Assembly (NCBI GenBank): GCA_031259085.1
Contig: JAIRMA010000041.1
Location: 1,116-65,115 of the forward strand
Direction: 5' to 3'
Source: Christensenellaceae bacterium
GTDB taxonomy: Bacteria > Bacillota > Clostridia > Christensenellales > DTU072
Length of the DNA: 64,000 nucleotides
A program made the translations under genes and the position numbers. The notes under the pieces are model-generated. The model was given only the letters and a program-made list of their open reading frames with translations. It was not told the origin of the DNA and searched no databases. Positions 9,685-19,095 of this stretch are shown here, piece after piece. Position 1 is the stretch's first letter; each line of letters starts with the position of its first letter.

Positions 9685-11236
9685 TCACGATTACTTCATG
9701 TATCATCTTAATGCACAACTATTACCAGAAGAACGAATCTTAAAATTATCAAGTAAGACTCAAGACAAAAAAGGCGTTTGGTCCATATCATTCATTCTCA
9801 ATGCTGATGACTATGATGCTTATCTTAACGCAAATTTAAAGAATAAAGTAGAAACCATTGTACAGCAACTTATGCCGTATCAGCACGATGCTGTAATATC
9901 TTACGAGAAAACTATCACATCCGAGGATTATATATCACATCTGATTCATGACTACTTATATAGATGTAAACCTGTTTTATATACACAGGTTAGTAACGCT
10001 GACATCAAAGTAAAAATGAACATAAATAACGTGAAAATTGAAATGACCCTGGCTCCATTTTTATGTGATCATATGCATAATAGTGGAACGAGTGAAAAAT
10101 TAACTGAACTTTTAAATTCTAAGATTATTGAGGATGTAGAATTGGAATTTGTCCCTGACGAGAAAGGCGATCCTGATTATAGCACATATGCTAATACTTT
10201 ACCAATAATAAAAACTTCACACTATTCTATTAAAACCTCTCCATATAGAATTAGCAAACATATAATAAGCTCAGTCCTGCACGATCCACGAATAATTGGA
10301 GAAGTAAACAATAAAGAAGCTGACATGTGTTCAGTCGCAGGTGTGGTTTCTTATTTTAAACAATTCATGAGAAAAACTGTACCTCTCCCATTTTATGTTT
10401 TTAAATTAAACGATGGTTCAGCAGAAATTCAAGTGAAATATTTTCCCAAAAGCGAAAAACAGGCCGATTTGTTCACTAAACATGTCGGAGATGGATGTCT
10501 CTTGTGTGTTGAAGGACCGATTAGATGGGATACTTATTCTAATCTCTTTGCATTAACATTATACCGCGCCGCAGAATGCATCTTAGTTCAAGAGGAATCT
10601 GTGCAGGAAGAGAAAATCCCAGAAAAAAAAGAATTGCCCTTATCTTATGTCAATATCCATCCAAAACCTTATGAGGGTGATTTGCAACTCGATATGTTTA
10701 AGATTGCGGATTCTAAATCTAAAAGAGCTGATGAATTCGCAAAGCAAGATTTTGTAGTATTTGATCTTGAAACTACTGGGATTAAAGCATCAGAATGCTG
10801 TATAATAGAGGTTGGTGCTGCTAAGATCAAGTCCGCTAAAATTGTTGAAACATTTTGGTCTTTCATAAAACCTACCCATTCTATCCCGCCTGACGTGACT
10901 AAAATTAATTCTATAACTAATAAAGATGTTGAATTTGCTCCTTGGTGGGGAGACGTCGTAGCTGACTTTTACAAATTCACATTTGGTACAACATTAGTAG
11001 CTCACAATGCAAATTTTGATATGGCCTTTTTGCGAAACCAGAGTGAACCACTGGGCTTTCATTTTGAAAATCCAGTCATAGACTCTCTAGCTTTAGCTCA
11101 ATCTAAACTTGCTTTGTCAAACTATAAACTAAATACTGTGTTAGAACATTTCGGATTACATAATACTAAAGCTCATCGTGCACTCCATGACGCAATATCC
11201 ACTGCTAAAATGTTTATTTTATTATCACAAATGTGA
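9677..11236 (+). CDS. PolC-N-terminus-like protein: N-terminal region + OB-fold-like region + DEDDh 3'-5' exonuclease domain. No PHP or polymerase domains.
   Basis: The C-terminal ~170 aa carry ExoI FDLETTG, ExoII HNANFDMAFL and ExoIII HRALHDA. The middle segment (VAGVVSYFKQ...FKLNDGSAEIQVKYFPK...VEGPIRWDT) resembles the PolC OB fold. The gene sits directly after ispG with an 8-nt overlap. Confidence 0.7.
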   Translation: MNDHDYFMYHLNAQLLPEERILKLSSKTQDKKGVWSISFILNADDYDAYLNANLKNKVETIVQQLMPYQHDAVISYEKTITSEDYISHLIHDYLYRCKPVLYTQVSNADIKVKMNINNVKIEMTLAPFLCDHMHNSGTSEKLTELLNSKIIEDVELEFVPDEKGDPDYSTYANTLPIIKTSHYSIKTSPYRISKHIISSVLHDPRIIGEVNNKEADMCSVAGVVSYFKQFMRKTVPLPFYVFKLNDGSAEIQVKYFPKSEKQADLFTKHVGDGCLLCVEGPIRWDTYSNLFALTLYRAAECILVQEESVQEEKIPEKKELPLSYVNIHPKPYEGDLQLDMFKIADSKSKRADEFAKQDFVVFDLETTGIKASECCIIEVGAAKIKSAKIVETFWSFIKPTHSIPPDVTKINSITNKDVEFAPWWGDVVADFYKFTFGTTLVAHNANFDMAFLRNQSEPLGFHFENPVIDSLALAQSKLALSNYKLNTVLEHFGLHNTKAHRALHDAISTAKMFILLSQM

Positions 11237-11439
11237 TCGCATCTTTTTTAAAACTAACAAAACAAAGCTAATGTCCATTGCATTTTTTTGTAAAGCTTTA
11301 GGTGAACAGTCAAGCATCTTAGACAAGCAAATTAAAGAATTTTTTAATTTCTGCTGGTTTTTCAAAAATTTGTTTAAAAGTCTTTGACTCATAATCATGA
11401 ATACTAAATCTAAAATATTATTAAATACGTGACTTAATT

Positions 11440-11468
11440 TTGACAAAATAGATTTTAAAAGCTATAAT
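11440..11468 (+). promoter_or_regulatory. sigma-70-type promoter, TTGACA-17 nt-TATAAT
   Basis: Exact consensus hexamers at 11440-11445 and 11463-11468 with a 17-nt spacer. It lies upstream of the repeated element and the second exonuclease gene. Confidence 0.55.
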
Positions 11469-11500
11469 AGTTAGGTAATAATAAAGATAGATTTGAATTA

Positions 11501-11663
11501 TGCATTGATAAAAATGTTTATAAATTCAAATAAAAATTGTGTACTATTTGTGCTAATTTTCATATCACACAAGAAAGCTTAAATATTTTGGCTAAAACTA
11601 CTATTATTTATTATTAGTATTTGATTATTGTCATCTTTTTTTGTCCTTTCTCAAAAACTCTGT
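11501..11663 (+). repeat. copy 1 of a dispersed intergenic element (partner at 53815-53979, inverted)
   Basis: By-eye alignment to the reverse complement of 53815-53979 shows colinear similarity from TGCATTGAT to AAAAACTCTGT with few indels. Weaker similarity continues to about 11700. Confidence 0.8.
11514..11582 (+). CDS. candidate 22-aa hydrophobic small ORF (MFINSNKNCVLFVLIFISHKKA) inside repeat copy 1
   Basis: ATG..TAA, 22 codons. The same-length ORF is kept in the second repeat copy. No obvious Shine-Dalgarno sequence, so translation is unproven. Confidence 0.3.
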   Translation: MFINSNKNCVLFVLIFISHKKA

Positions 11664-11699
11664 TAAATAAATTCATAACTCAACTAAGGAGATGCTACA

Positions 11700-12299
11700 A
11701 TGATGTCAACTCAATATTCACTGATATCCCCCATGCCATATCAAGATCAATCTGATCTTGATATAATTAAGTCTGGTCAATCTAAAAGGCCAAATAAATT
11801 TTTTCAAGAAGAATATGTGATCTTTGATTTTGAAACAACAGGCTTCAAGGCATCCGACTGTTGTATTATAGAAGTAGGCGCTGCCAAAATCAAATCTGGA
11901 AAAATTGTTGAAACTTTTTGGTCCTTTGTTCATCCAACTCACCCTATCCCACCTGAAATCACACGAATTACCTCTATTACAAACAATGATGTGGCGCATG
12001 CACCTTTATGGGAGGAGATAGTCCCAGACTTTCATAAATTTACTCTTAATACTACATTAGTAGCCCATAATGCTAGTTTTGATATGGCATTTTTAGAAAA
12101 GCAAAGCGAACCCGCGGGTTATTATTTTCGCAACCCTGTGCTAGACACTATTGCATTAGCTAAATCTAAAATTCATTTGACAAGCTACAAGTTAAATGTT
12201 TTGTTAGAACACCTCAATTTACATAACACAAATCCACATCGTGCACTTCACGATGCAATATCCACTGCTAAAATGTTCATTGTCCTATCTACGATGTAA
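11700..12299 (+). CDS. stand-alone DEDDh 3'-5' exonuclease (DnaQ/PolC-exo-like), tandem paralog of the C-terminus of 9677-11236
   Basis: FDFETTG, HNASFDMAFL and HRALHDA motifs, with RBS AAGGAG upstream. It aligns residue-for-residue with the last ~190 aa of the upstream protein and ends at the same position (...AKMFIVLSTM versus ...AKMFILLSQM). Confidence 0.85.
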   Translation: MMSTQYSLISPMPYQDQSDLDIIKSGQSKRPNKFFQEEYVIFDFETTGFKASDCCIIEVGAAKIKSGKIVETFWSFVHPTHPIPPEITRITSITNNDVAHAPLWEEIVPDFHKFTLNTTLVAHNASFDMAFLEKQSEPAGYYFRNPVLDTIALAKSKIHLTSYKLNVLLEHLNLHNTNPHRALHDAISTAKMFIVLSTM

Positions 12300-12384
12300 C
12301 CCATGCACCTCATTAAAACTCATAAACTTGTATTTAGCATAAACTGTTTTTTCTGTGCATATATTAAATTAATGAGGTTTGTTT

Positions 12385-13296
12385 ATGTCATTAATAAGGA
12401 AGAAACTGACACTTAAGAATGGCACAGTAACCATTGCTAGTTTGACAATTATCAAGATTGGTAATACGTGTGGTATAAAACTAATATTAGAAGATGAGCT
12501 TGAAAATTGTCCGTATGCTTTTATTAAAACAGCAGTAGATCCAATAGTGTTTTTCAAAATTGTGAATAAAAAAACAGAAATATCAAAAAGTCTAATGTTC
12601 TCTTTAAATGATGCAATAGACGCTGTAATTATAAATAATCAATACAGAATCTTAGGGCGTGGCGGTTATAAAAATCTAATTGATGTAAATGAATTAAAAT
12701 CATTAATCAACTGCGATGATAATTCGATTCAAAACTGCATTATCAGTGATACTTTATCATCAATCGACAATTCTAATACTGATAGCGTTGAGCCTCTACA
12801 TCATGATAATTCTGTTAACGGCAAGACAAAACCTACACAAACAGACTTGCATAGTAAAGCATCTAATAACAAATCACCCATTCAACCGAAAACTGTAAAA
12901 GATATACCTATACAATCAAATAACAATCCATTTGTATTAGCCTTAAATAATAATTTTAGTAGGCTTATTAAAACAAAACTCAATGAGTTATTTACAACGA
13001 ATCCACAAGACAGTACACTAGAAAAACACATTCCAAATAGTAAATGGGTAAAAATCAAGTATGATAGTGATGAATATTATTCGATAGGAATACTTAGCAA
13101 AAATGGAGCTTCAACACATCTTATTTATGCCGTGCCTGGAGTGCAGAACATAAAGCCACCGCAAGAGGCCCAAGAAATATGCAAGTTCTTAAAAATCGAT
13201 GGTGACGATGTTAAGGGCTATTGGTTAATGGCTCAAAGCCTCAAGGATGGGCTCATTGAAAAAAATTGCGCCTGTTTAAATTTAGATTTGTTTTAG
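12385..13296 (+). CDS. hypothetical protein with a low-complexity S/N/Q-rich linker
   Basis: Long ORF with native AT-rich composition, starting at an ATG after GAGG. The C-terminal block (WVKIKYDSDEYYSIGIL...IYAVPGV...KGYWLMAQS) looks like a conserved domain, but I cannot name the family. Confidence 0.6.
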   Translation: MSLIRKKLTLKNGTVTIASLTIIKIGNTCGIKLILEDELENCPYAFIKTAVDPIVFFKIVNKKTEISKSLMFSLNDAIDAVIINNQYRILGRGGYKNLIDVNELKSLINCDDNSIQNCIISDTLSSIDNSNTDSVEPLHHDNSVNGKTKPTQTDLHSKASNNKSPIQPKTVKDIPIQSNNNPFVLALNNNFSRLIKTKLNELFTTNPQDSTLEKHIPNSKWVKIKYDSDEYYSIGILSKNGASTHLIYAVPGVQNIKPPQEAQEICKFLKIDGDDVKGYWLMAQSLKDGLIEKNCACLNLDLF

Positions 13297-13460
13297 ATTC
13301 AGTTTCAAACTAATGGATTGCATTAAAATTATAGTTAGATCTTTTGGAATAATATGTTAAACTTAAAATCTATTCATCCCGCATCTAATCTTATAATAAA
13401 CGATTTGAATTTGAGGTTACATCGAAAAATCTAACAAATGAGCTTATAGACCTATTAAGC

Positions 13461-13891
13461 AACACCGACGCTAATTTTGGTGCCAAATCTAGTAAAAAAT
13501 TTGGTTTCGTTATAAGAAAACGGTTTTATTTGATATGGGATCAGGATTAATCGTTGATGTTTTTATAACATCTGTCAGCTACAAGATAAAAGCGGCAGAG
13601 CCAATATTACCTAAATCTGGAGCAATTGTTGCTGATAAGGGATATTTAGGGCTAAAACAAATGGCAAAGGAAAATGGCCTACATGCAATGGCAATTCAAC
13701 TAAGCAACATGAAGACACAAAATAAAGACTATGATAGATTCCTGACAAAACTCAGAGCACCGTATGAGAGTGTTTTTAGCAAAAGAGACAACTTAGAGCA
13801 AGATACAAAGGCAAAGAAAATAATCAAGGTGTCGAATATTTGGTCTCAAGTATCATATGATATGTCGAGGGCACTAAAACTAAATATTTAA
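13461..13891 (+). mobile_element. degraded IS5/IS1182-type DDE transposase remnant
   Basis: Fragments in shifting frames: DANFGAKSSKKFGF, then VADKGYLGLKQMAKENGLHAMAI...NKDYDRFLTKLRAPYESVFSK. This is the ADKGY and RxxxE..F pattern of IS5-family transposases. No intact ORF and no terminal repeats were recognised. Confidence 0.6.
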
Positions 13892-14163
13892 GAGAACAAA
13901 ATTAGTCCTAAATAGGATAATTTAATCACAAACAGGATAACTCCGCCCTTTTGCCGATTAATTAAACAAAAATTTAGATTTGAATAGTTAAATCTCTTAA
14001 GCGAGCGTTTTTGAGAAAAATTAGCATTTTCCACCAGATCCATTATACTAAACATAATAAGGAATATTTCGGGCTTTGACGCCCTATTGTTTTATCTCCC
14101 GACGTGTTTGCACCGTTCGTTCTCCTGCCATTTTTGCCGAATGCTCAAGCATTTTTTATATTA

Positions 14164-15189
14164 CTAGTCCTTTAAACACCCTATCGACACTACGAATACG
14201 CCATCGGAGCGACGGTAGGCGATGTCGGTAGCGGTCAACACCATTAAGAACACTGGATCTCTTTTTACTAACGATCGAAGCATTCTTAAGTTGTTTGCGC
14301 CGCCGTCAATTTCCCTGCTTCCCATTTTAACCTCGATCGCGCCCCAACGACTGTCTTTTAGTTGCACGACCGCATCGCACTCCAAGCCGTTCTTGTCGCG
14401 ATAGTGAAACACTTCGCCGTCTATCGCCTGTGTGCATACTCGCAGGTCGCGGACACATAACGATTCAAATAAAAGTCCGAATGTATTGAAATCTTGTAAT
14501 AACCTTTTCTGATTTACGCGAAGTGCGGCAGCCGCAATCGACGGATCTATGTAATGTCTTGTCGCCGTGGTTCTGATAGCGGTCTTTGACCTCAAGGCAG
14601 GATTCCATGCGGGCAAGTCCTCAATGACATGAATCCGTCTAAGGGAGTTAAGATAACTCGCGACGGTCGGCGCGGAAAGCGAAGCACCCTCGCTAACCAT
14701 GTCATTTCGAAGCGTTTCATTATTCGCCATAGACGCACTGCACCGCGCAAGGCTACGCATAAGCACGCGCATGGAATTAGGATTCTTTTCAACGCCGTCC
14801 ACGCGGTTTACGTCATGGTTGATAACCGCCTCGACATAATCGTAAACTCTGCGCAGTACGATATTCTCTTTTTCACCAATAGATTGCGGCCAACCGCCTC
14901 TTACAAGCGCATAAGCCAGTTCCTCTATCGTTAGCGATGAAAAGCCTTGTACATCATGTGCGCCGTCGAATAATGCTCCGAGACTAATTTGTCCGTTAGA
15001 TTCCCCCGATTCATAAAGACTCATAGTCCGCATTTTGAAACGTGATATTCTTCCAGTTCCCGTATGCAAATTTACGTCATCGAGCGGCACGGCGGAACCC
15101 GTAAGGATAAACTGCGCCGTATCCGAGCATTGGTCTACGGCAAAACGCACCGCGTCCCAAAGAATTGGCGTTGATTTGCACACATACAC
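14164..15189 (-). pseudogene. N-terminally truncated AAA ATPase with DUF4143 C-terminal domain (P-loop region missing)
   Basis: The ORF begins in the middle of the ATPase domain (...PILWDAVRFAVDQ....AQFILTGSAVP...GTGRISRFKMRTMSLYESG), so the Walker A segment is absent. An in-frame stop lies 6 codons upstream, and the methyltransferase remnant ends 28 nt away. GC-richer than the flanks. Confidence 0.6.
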
Positions 15190-15217
15190 TTTGTGAATTA
15201 CATATTATGTCATTTCA

Positions 15218-16241
15218 TTAACGCCGACTTACTTTCCGTTGTGTGCTGTTCTTCAAAGAAACCTCGTCGAAAGCCGTTTTTATCGCTTTTGCCATCTCAA
15301 ACGCCAAATTGACGAGTACGGCGTTTCCAATCAATTTGTATCCTGTATCGATATCTTTGTAGTAAAACATAAAATCGTCTGGAAAGCCTTGAACTCGCGC
15401 GCATTCTCTAACCGTTAAACGACGGTATAAATGCTCTTTGCCATCTTCAAAAATATTTTTGTCCGTTGATGCTTTTGGCATAGTCGGTGCCTTTGGATGA
15501 ATTTGGCACTGTCTACCCGAAGCCTGCACCGTAAAAGCGGGTTCGTTCCATTCCGAACCCTGTTTCTGCTCATGAAAATCGTTGAAAAATTTCCCGTGTA
15601 GTATTCGTGATTAGCAACCTTACATTTATTTCCCTGCGTCTTATTATTATCTGCGGCGGTTAATGCGTTGTCGATCAAATCCGCAATGACATCTCTAAAA
15701 ACTGGCTTGTATTTATGCGGCTCTGGCGGCTCAAATTTAAGCTTTAGGTCTTTTCTGAACCCTATATAAAAACGCGCAAACGGTCTTGCTCTACCCCATA
15801 ATCGTTCACATTGACGAGAAAGACCTTTACATCTTAGCCCGTTTTGTCAAACTGTCAGATAATTCCTTGCACCGCCGTATTGTGCCTTTGCTAAAGCATT
15901 CCTTTTGCGTTTAGGCAAGAAAAAATTTAGGTTGTTTGTCTTTGAGAATACATACGTATTCGTAAAATAATTTTCCGCGTGGGTCGTCTATCCCGCAAAA
16001 GCGCATCAGCCTCGCTCCACGACTGGCAAGGAGGACCACCGATTATTCCGTCGCAATCAGAGAATTTATCACTCTCGATTATGCAAATATCGCCCTTTAA
16101 CAAGGGCTTAGTATGGTTCTTTTCATATGTTTCCCAAATCGTATCGTCGTATTCGTTCGCGGCGACTATATCAAATCCCGCTTTTTCAAAACAAAGGTCA
16201 AATCCGCCTGCCCTGGAAAATAAGCTTAATATTTTCATCAA
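15218..16241 (-). pseudogene. HaeIII-type (GGCC-family) DNA cytosine-5 methyltransferase, multiply frameshifted
   Basis: Three ORF fragments in different frames. N-terminal: LFSRAGGFD (motif I with G to R) and [11 protein letters not shown] (motif IV). Middle: [25 protein letters not shown]-terminal: [11 protein letters not shown]...[18 protein letters not shown]...[10 protein letters not shown] (motifs IX/X). A stop falls where the ENV motif is expected (KFFLA-stop). The fragments are colinear with my recollection of M.HaeIII. Confidence 0.85.
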
Positions 16242-16686
16242 TGCCTCTTATTGCTTAATGTTATTCCTTGTCAACTGTTAAGCCATATTATACACCGTGT
16301 GCGTTTTCAATATAGCATAATTAGGGCAAAAACACAATGTTAATATAGGGGGTGAAATGTAAAACTTGTATGAGTTAATTATCCATGTTAAGTGCAGTTC
16401 CTTAAGAAAATCCTGCACTAAACTTCAGACGCTTAAAAAAACTGCATTTAATATGAGAAAATAGATATTTGTTTCTACCTAATTTTGATTGAGAACTTCT
16501 TGCAAATTTTTCAATATTATGATATATTTTATATAATTATTTCTACGTAATGTTTTACATAGTATGTTTTTATTGCTCAGTGAAAGCTGTAGTTATTATT
16601 TAAATATGCAACCATTACTGTTTTCTTACTTGTTAAAAAAACGAATAATTCTAGACGCTTATTTGACAAACAGGAGTCCATTATTA

Positions 16687-19083
16687 ATGAGCAATACTAA
16701 CTTCAATAACGATAGATACAATTTGTTCGATTTTGCTAACGAACAATTTGAATATGAATCGTTGATTGAGGAAGAACCTGACGAACGTTTCGATATTCCT
16801 CCAGAAGGTGTATGCCGAATATTAATCACAAGTATGTTCAAAAACGTTGTTGGCTCTTTGCAGAAAGAAAAACGCAACAAAATCAATTCTCTAATAAATG
16901 AATTAAGTCAATTATCATACGTTGAAATCAGAACACGCCTAGGAACAAAAAATTCGAAGAAATTCAAAGGTATCCAGCCTGCAACGTTTAAATTTAGAAC
17001 TAGTCCCTCTGAACGCATTGTTTATATATACGGAAACGCTGCTAATGTAGACAATGTGCGCATATGCGATGGAGATATAATATTTCTCACTTATGTGGAA
17101 ATTCACGATCAACAGAAAAATGATGCCATTGATGCTCTTAAAGAATTAAGACGTGGGAATTTAACTTTTTTTAATATTGTAGACAAAATCAAAAATGACG
17201 TAGCCATTTGCTATCGTGATATGAATGAAATCGAGTTTATACAACCCGTATATTTTGCTGATACTAATCGTCCTATTCTATCAAGCTCACAATTGAAGCT
17301 TTTAAATGAAAAGCCACCTGTAATATTCAGAGGTAGCGCTGGAAGCGGTAAAACAATCTTGAGTTTAGAATATTACGAGAATTTATCTAAGTCAGTTAAA
17401 TCCTTAGTTTATATAACTTTAACTGAAAACATGCGCAAATACGCAACGGATATACTAGAGCGAAGCAAAATAATGAATCCAAACTGTGTCACTTTCAATG
17501 AATTTTGTGGTGAAAAGACGATTCGAAACAAAATATTAGAGAAACGACCAGAGCGATTTGTAGAAGTCCCTGAAAAGGTTAGTCGTAGATACCCTAATTT
17601 ATCAGTAAATAACGTGTATACGTATATTCGTGGTGTAATAAAGGGTGGGGTTTTAAATGGTGAGCGTGGAAAATACAGTGGTTTAATATCCTTTGAGGAA
17701 TGGAAAAACTATGCAAAAAAAGAACAACTCATAGATGAAGAAATTCGTGAGATATATTTAATTGCACAAGAATATCAAAAAAAACTAGAAAAAGAAAGTA
17801 GATATGATGACAACGACAGTGCTTTTAATTTACTTAAGAATCCACAAATTTATGATTGCATGATTATTGATGAAGTGCAAGATTTGACCGAAATACAAAT
17901 TTTGGCACTCGCAGAGTGTTGTCCTAGCCATAATCTTTACTTTTTTGGGGATCCGAATCAAGTAATAAATCCAACTATTGTTGACTTTGGTAAAATTGGT
18001 GGTATTTTTTATAGAAAACGTGAAAATATTTTAAATATAGAACCCAGAATCCCTCAACACGTTTTAAAAGAAACCTGGCGCTGTGGCCCGCATTTAATCG
18101 AATATATAAATAGTTTGACAAAATTAAGACAGCAATTTATAGGGAAACAAGATTATAAAGATGACGCCGACGAAAGATCTATGCGCCTTGGCTTAGATGA
18201 GAGCTATTGGGCTTGCTATGTTACAAACCCTGAAATTATATATGATGTCTTAGATTTTGCAAACCAATCTACAGAATGCATCATCATTGTCAGTGATGAT
18301 GCTAGTGAAGCTCGATTAGAAGAACAGCTACCATCTTTGCGTGGACGCATTTTTACAGTACAAAGCATTAAAGGGCTTGAATACCGCGATGTAATTATTT
18401 ATAATCTAATATCTGATAATGAACACTCATTCCGCGATATGCTTGATGGCAATGCAAAACGTAGCACCCATCATAGAATGGTGTTTAACAAGTATTATGT
18501 CGCATGCACGAGAGCCCAGGACAGAATTTTTATTTGTGAAGATAAATTATATGACGAAAGGATAGAAAGGCATTTTTTTACAGAACAGCACATTTTGCCA
18601 AATAATGATATAAGTGCCTTGAGAAATCTCATTAGCGAAACTAAAAATAGTGAGGATTGGATAAAAGAAGCCTTACATCTCAAGAAAGAACACCGGTATA
18701 AACAAGCTAAAGAAGCATATCTCCGTGGAAAGGATGAGTTTGGGGCATCTGTAATGCAAATTTATATAGACTATCAAAATACCTTAGATATTTGTAGTGT
18801 TAATGAATTAGAGTTGGAAAAATTAAAATTTGCAAAATTGTTTTTTGATAGTTGTGAATACGATGTGTCAGAAGAGCTTTTTGTAGACACTGGTGACGAA
18901 TGGGGTGCTATTCTTTCTCAGAAGTGTAACGGAAAAAAAATAGATAACGAAAAAGTGAGAAAGGCTATAAATTATTACTCGAATTTTAACAAGCAAGCTT
19001 TCATAAACATCGGAAATAGTGATTACATTGATACTGAAACAAAAAAAATTACGAAGCTAATTGCGGAAATTAAACAATTATAG
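16687..19083 (+). CDS. SF1 (UvrD/Rep-like) helicase with an extra ~190-aa N-terminal module and a helical C-terminal tail
   Basis: Walker A RGSAGSGKT, Walker B IIDEVQDL, then FFGDPNQ, ETWRCGP, TVQSIKGLEYRDVIIYN and YVACTRAQDRIFI. I chose the ATG at 16687, about 10 nt after AGGAG; the tracked 16564 start adds an implausible leader. Confidence 0.85.
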   Translation: MSNTNFNNDRYNLFDFANEQFEYESLIEEEPDERFDIPPEGVCRILITSMFKNVVGSLQKEKRNKINSLINELSQLSYVEIRTRLGTKNSKKFKGIQPATFKFRTSPSERIVYIYGNAANVDNVRICDGDIIFLTYVEIHDQQKNDAIDALKELRRGNLTFFNIVDKIKNDVAICYRDMNEIEFIQPVYFADTNRPILSSSQLKLLNEKPPVIFRGSAGSGKTILSLEYYENLSKSVKSLVYITLTENMRKYATDILERSKIMNPNCVTFNEFCGEKTIRNKILEKRPERFVEVPEKVSRRYPNLSVNNVYTYIRGVIKGGVLNGERGKYSGLISFEEWKNYAKKEQLIDEEIREIYLIAQEYQKKLEKESRYDDNDSAFNLLKNPQIYDCMIIDEVQDLTEIQILALAECCPSHNLYFFGDPNQVINPTIVDFGKIGGIFYRKRENILNIEPRIPQHVLKETWRCGPHLIEYINSLTKLRQQFIGKQDYKDDADERSMRLGLDESYWACYVTNPEIIYDVLDFANQSTECIIIVSDDASEARLEEQLPSLRGRIFTVQSIKGLEYRDVIIYNLISDNEHSFRDMLDGNAKRSTHHRMVFNKYYVACTRAQDRIFICEDKLYDERIERHFFTEQHILPNNDISALRNLISETKNSEDWIKEALHLKKEHRYKQAKEAYLRGKDEFGASVMQIYIDYQNTLDICSVNELELEKLKFAKLFFDSCEYDVSEELFVDTGDEWGAILSQKCNGKKIDNEKVRKAINYYSNFNKQAFINIGNSDYIDTETKKITKLIAEIKQL

Positions 19084-19095
19084 AGGTAGGTAAAA

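Noticed and set aside
11536-11572. TGTG...CACA arrangement (TGTGCTAATTTTCATATCACA) inside the repeated element as a CRP/FNR-type site
   Set aside because: The spacing between the TGTG and CACA arms is 13 nt rather than the 8 nt of the TGTGA-N6-TCACA consensus. The stretch also lies inside the candidate sORF. Not supported.
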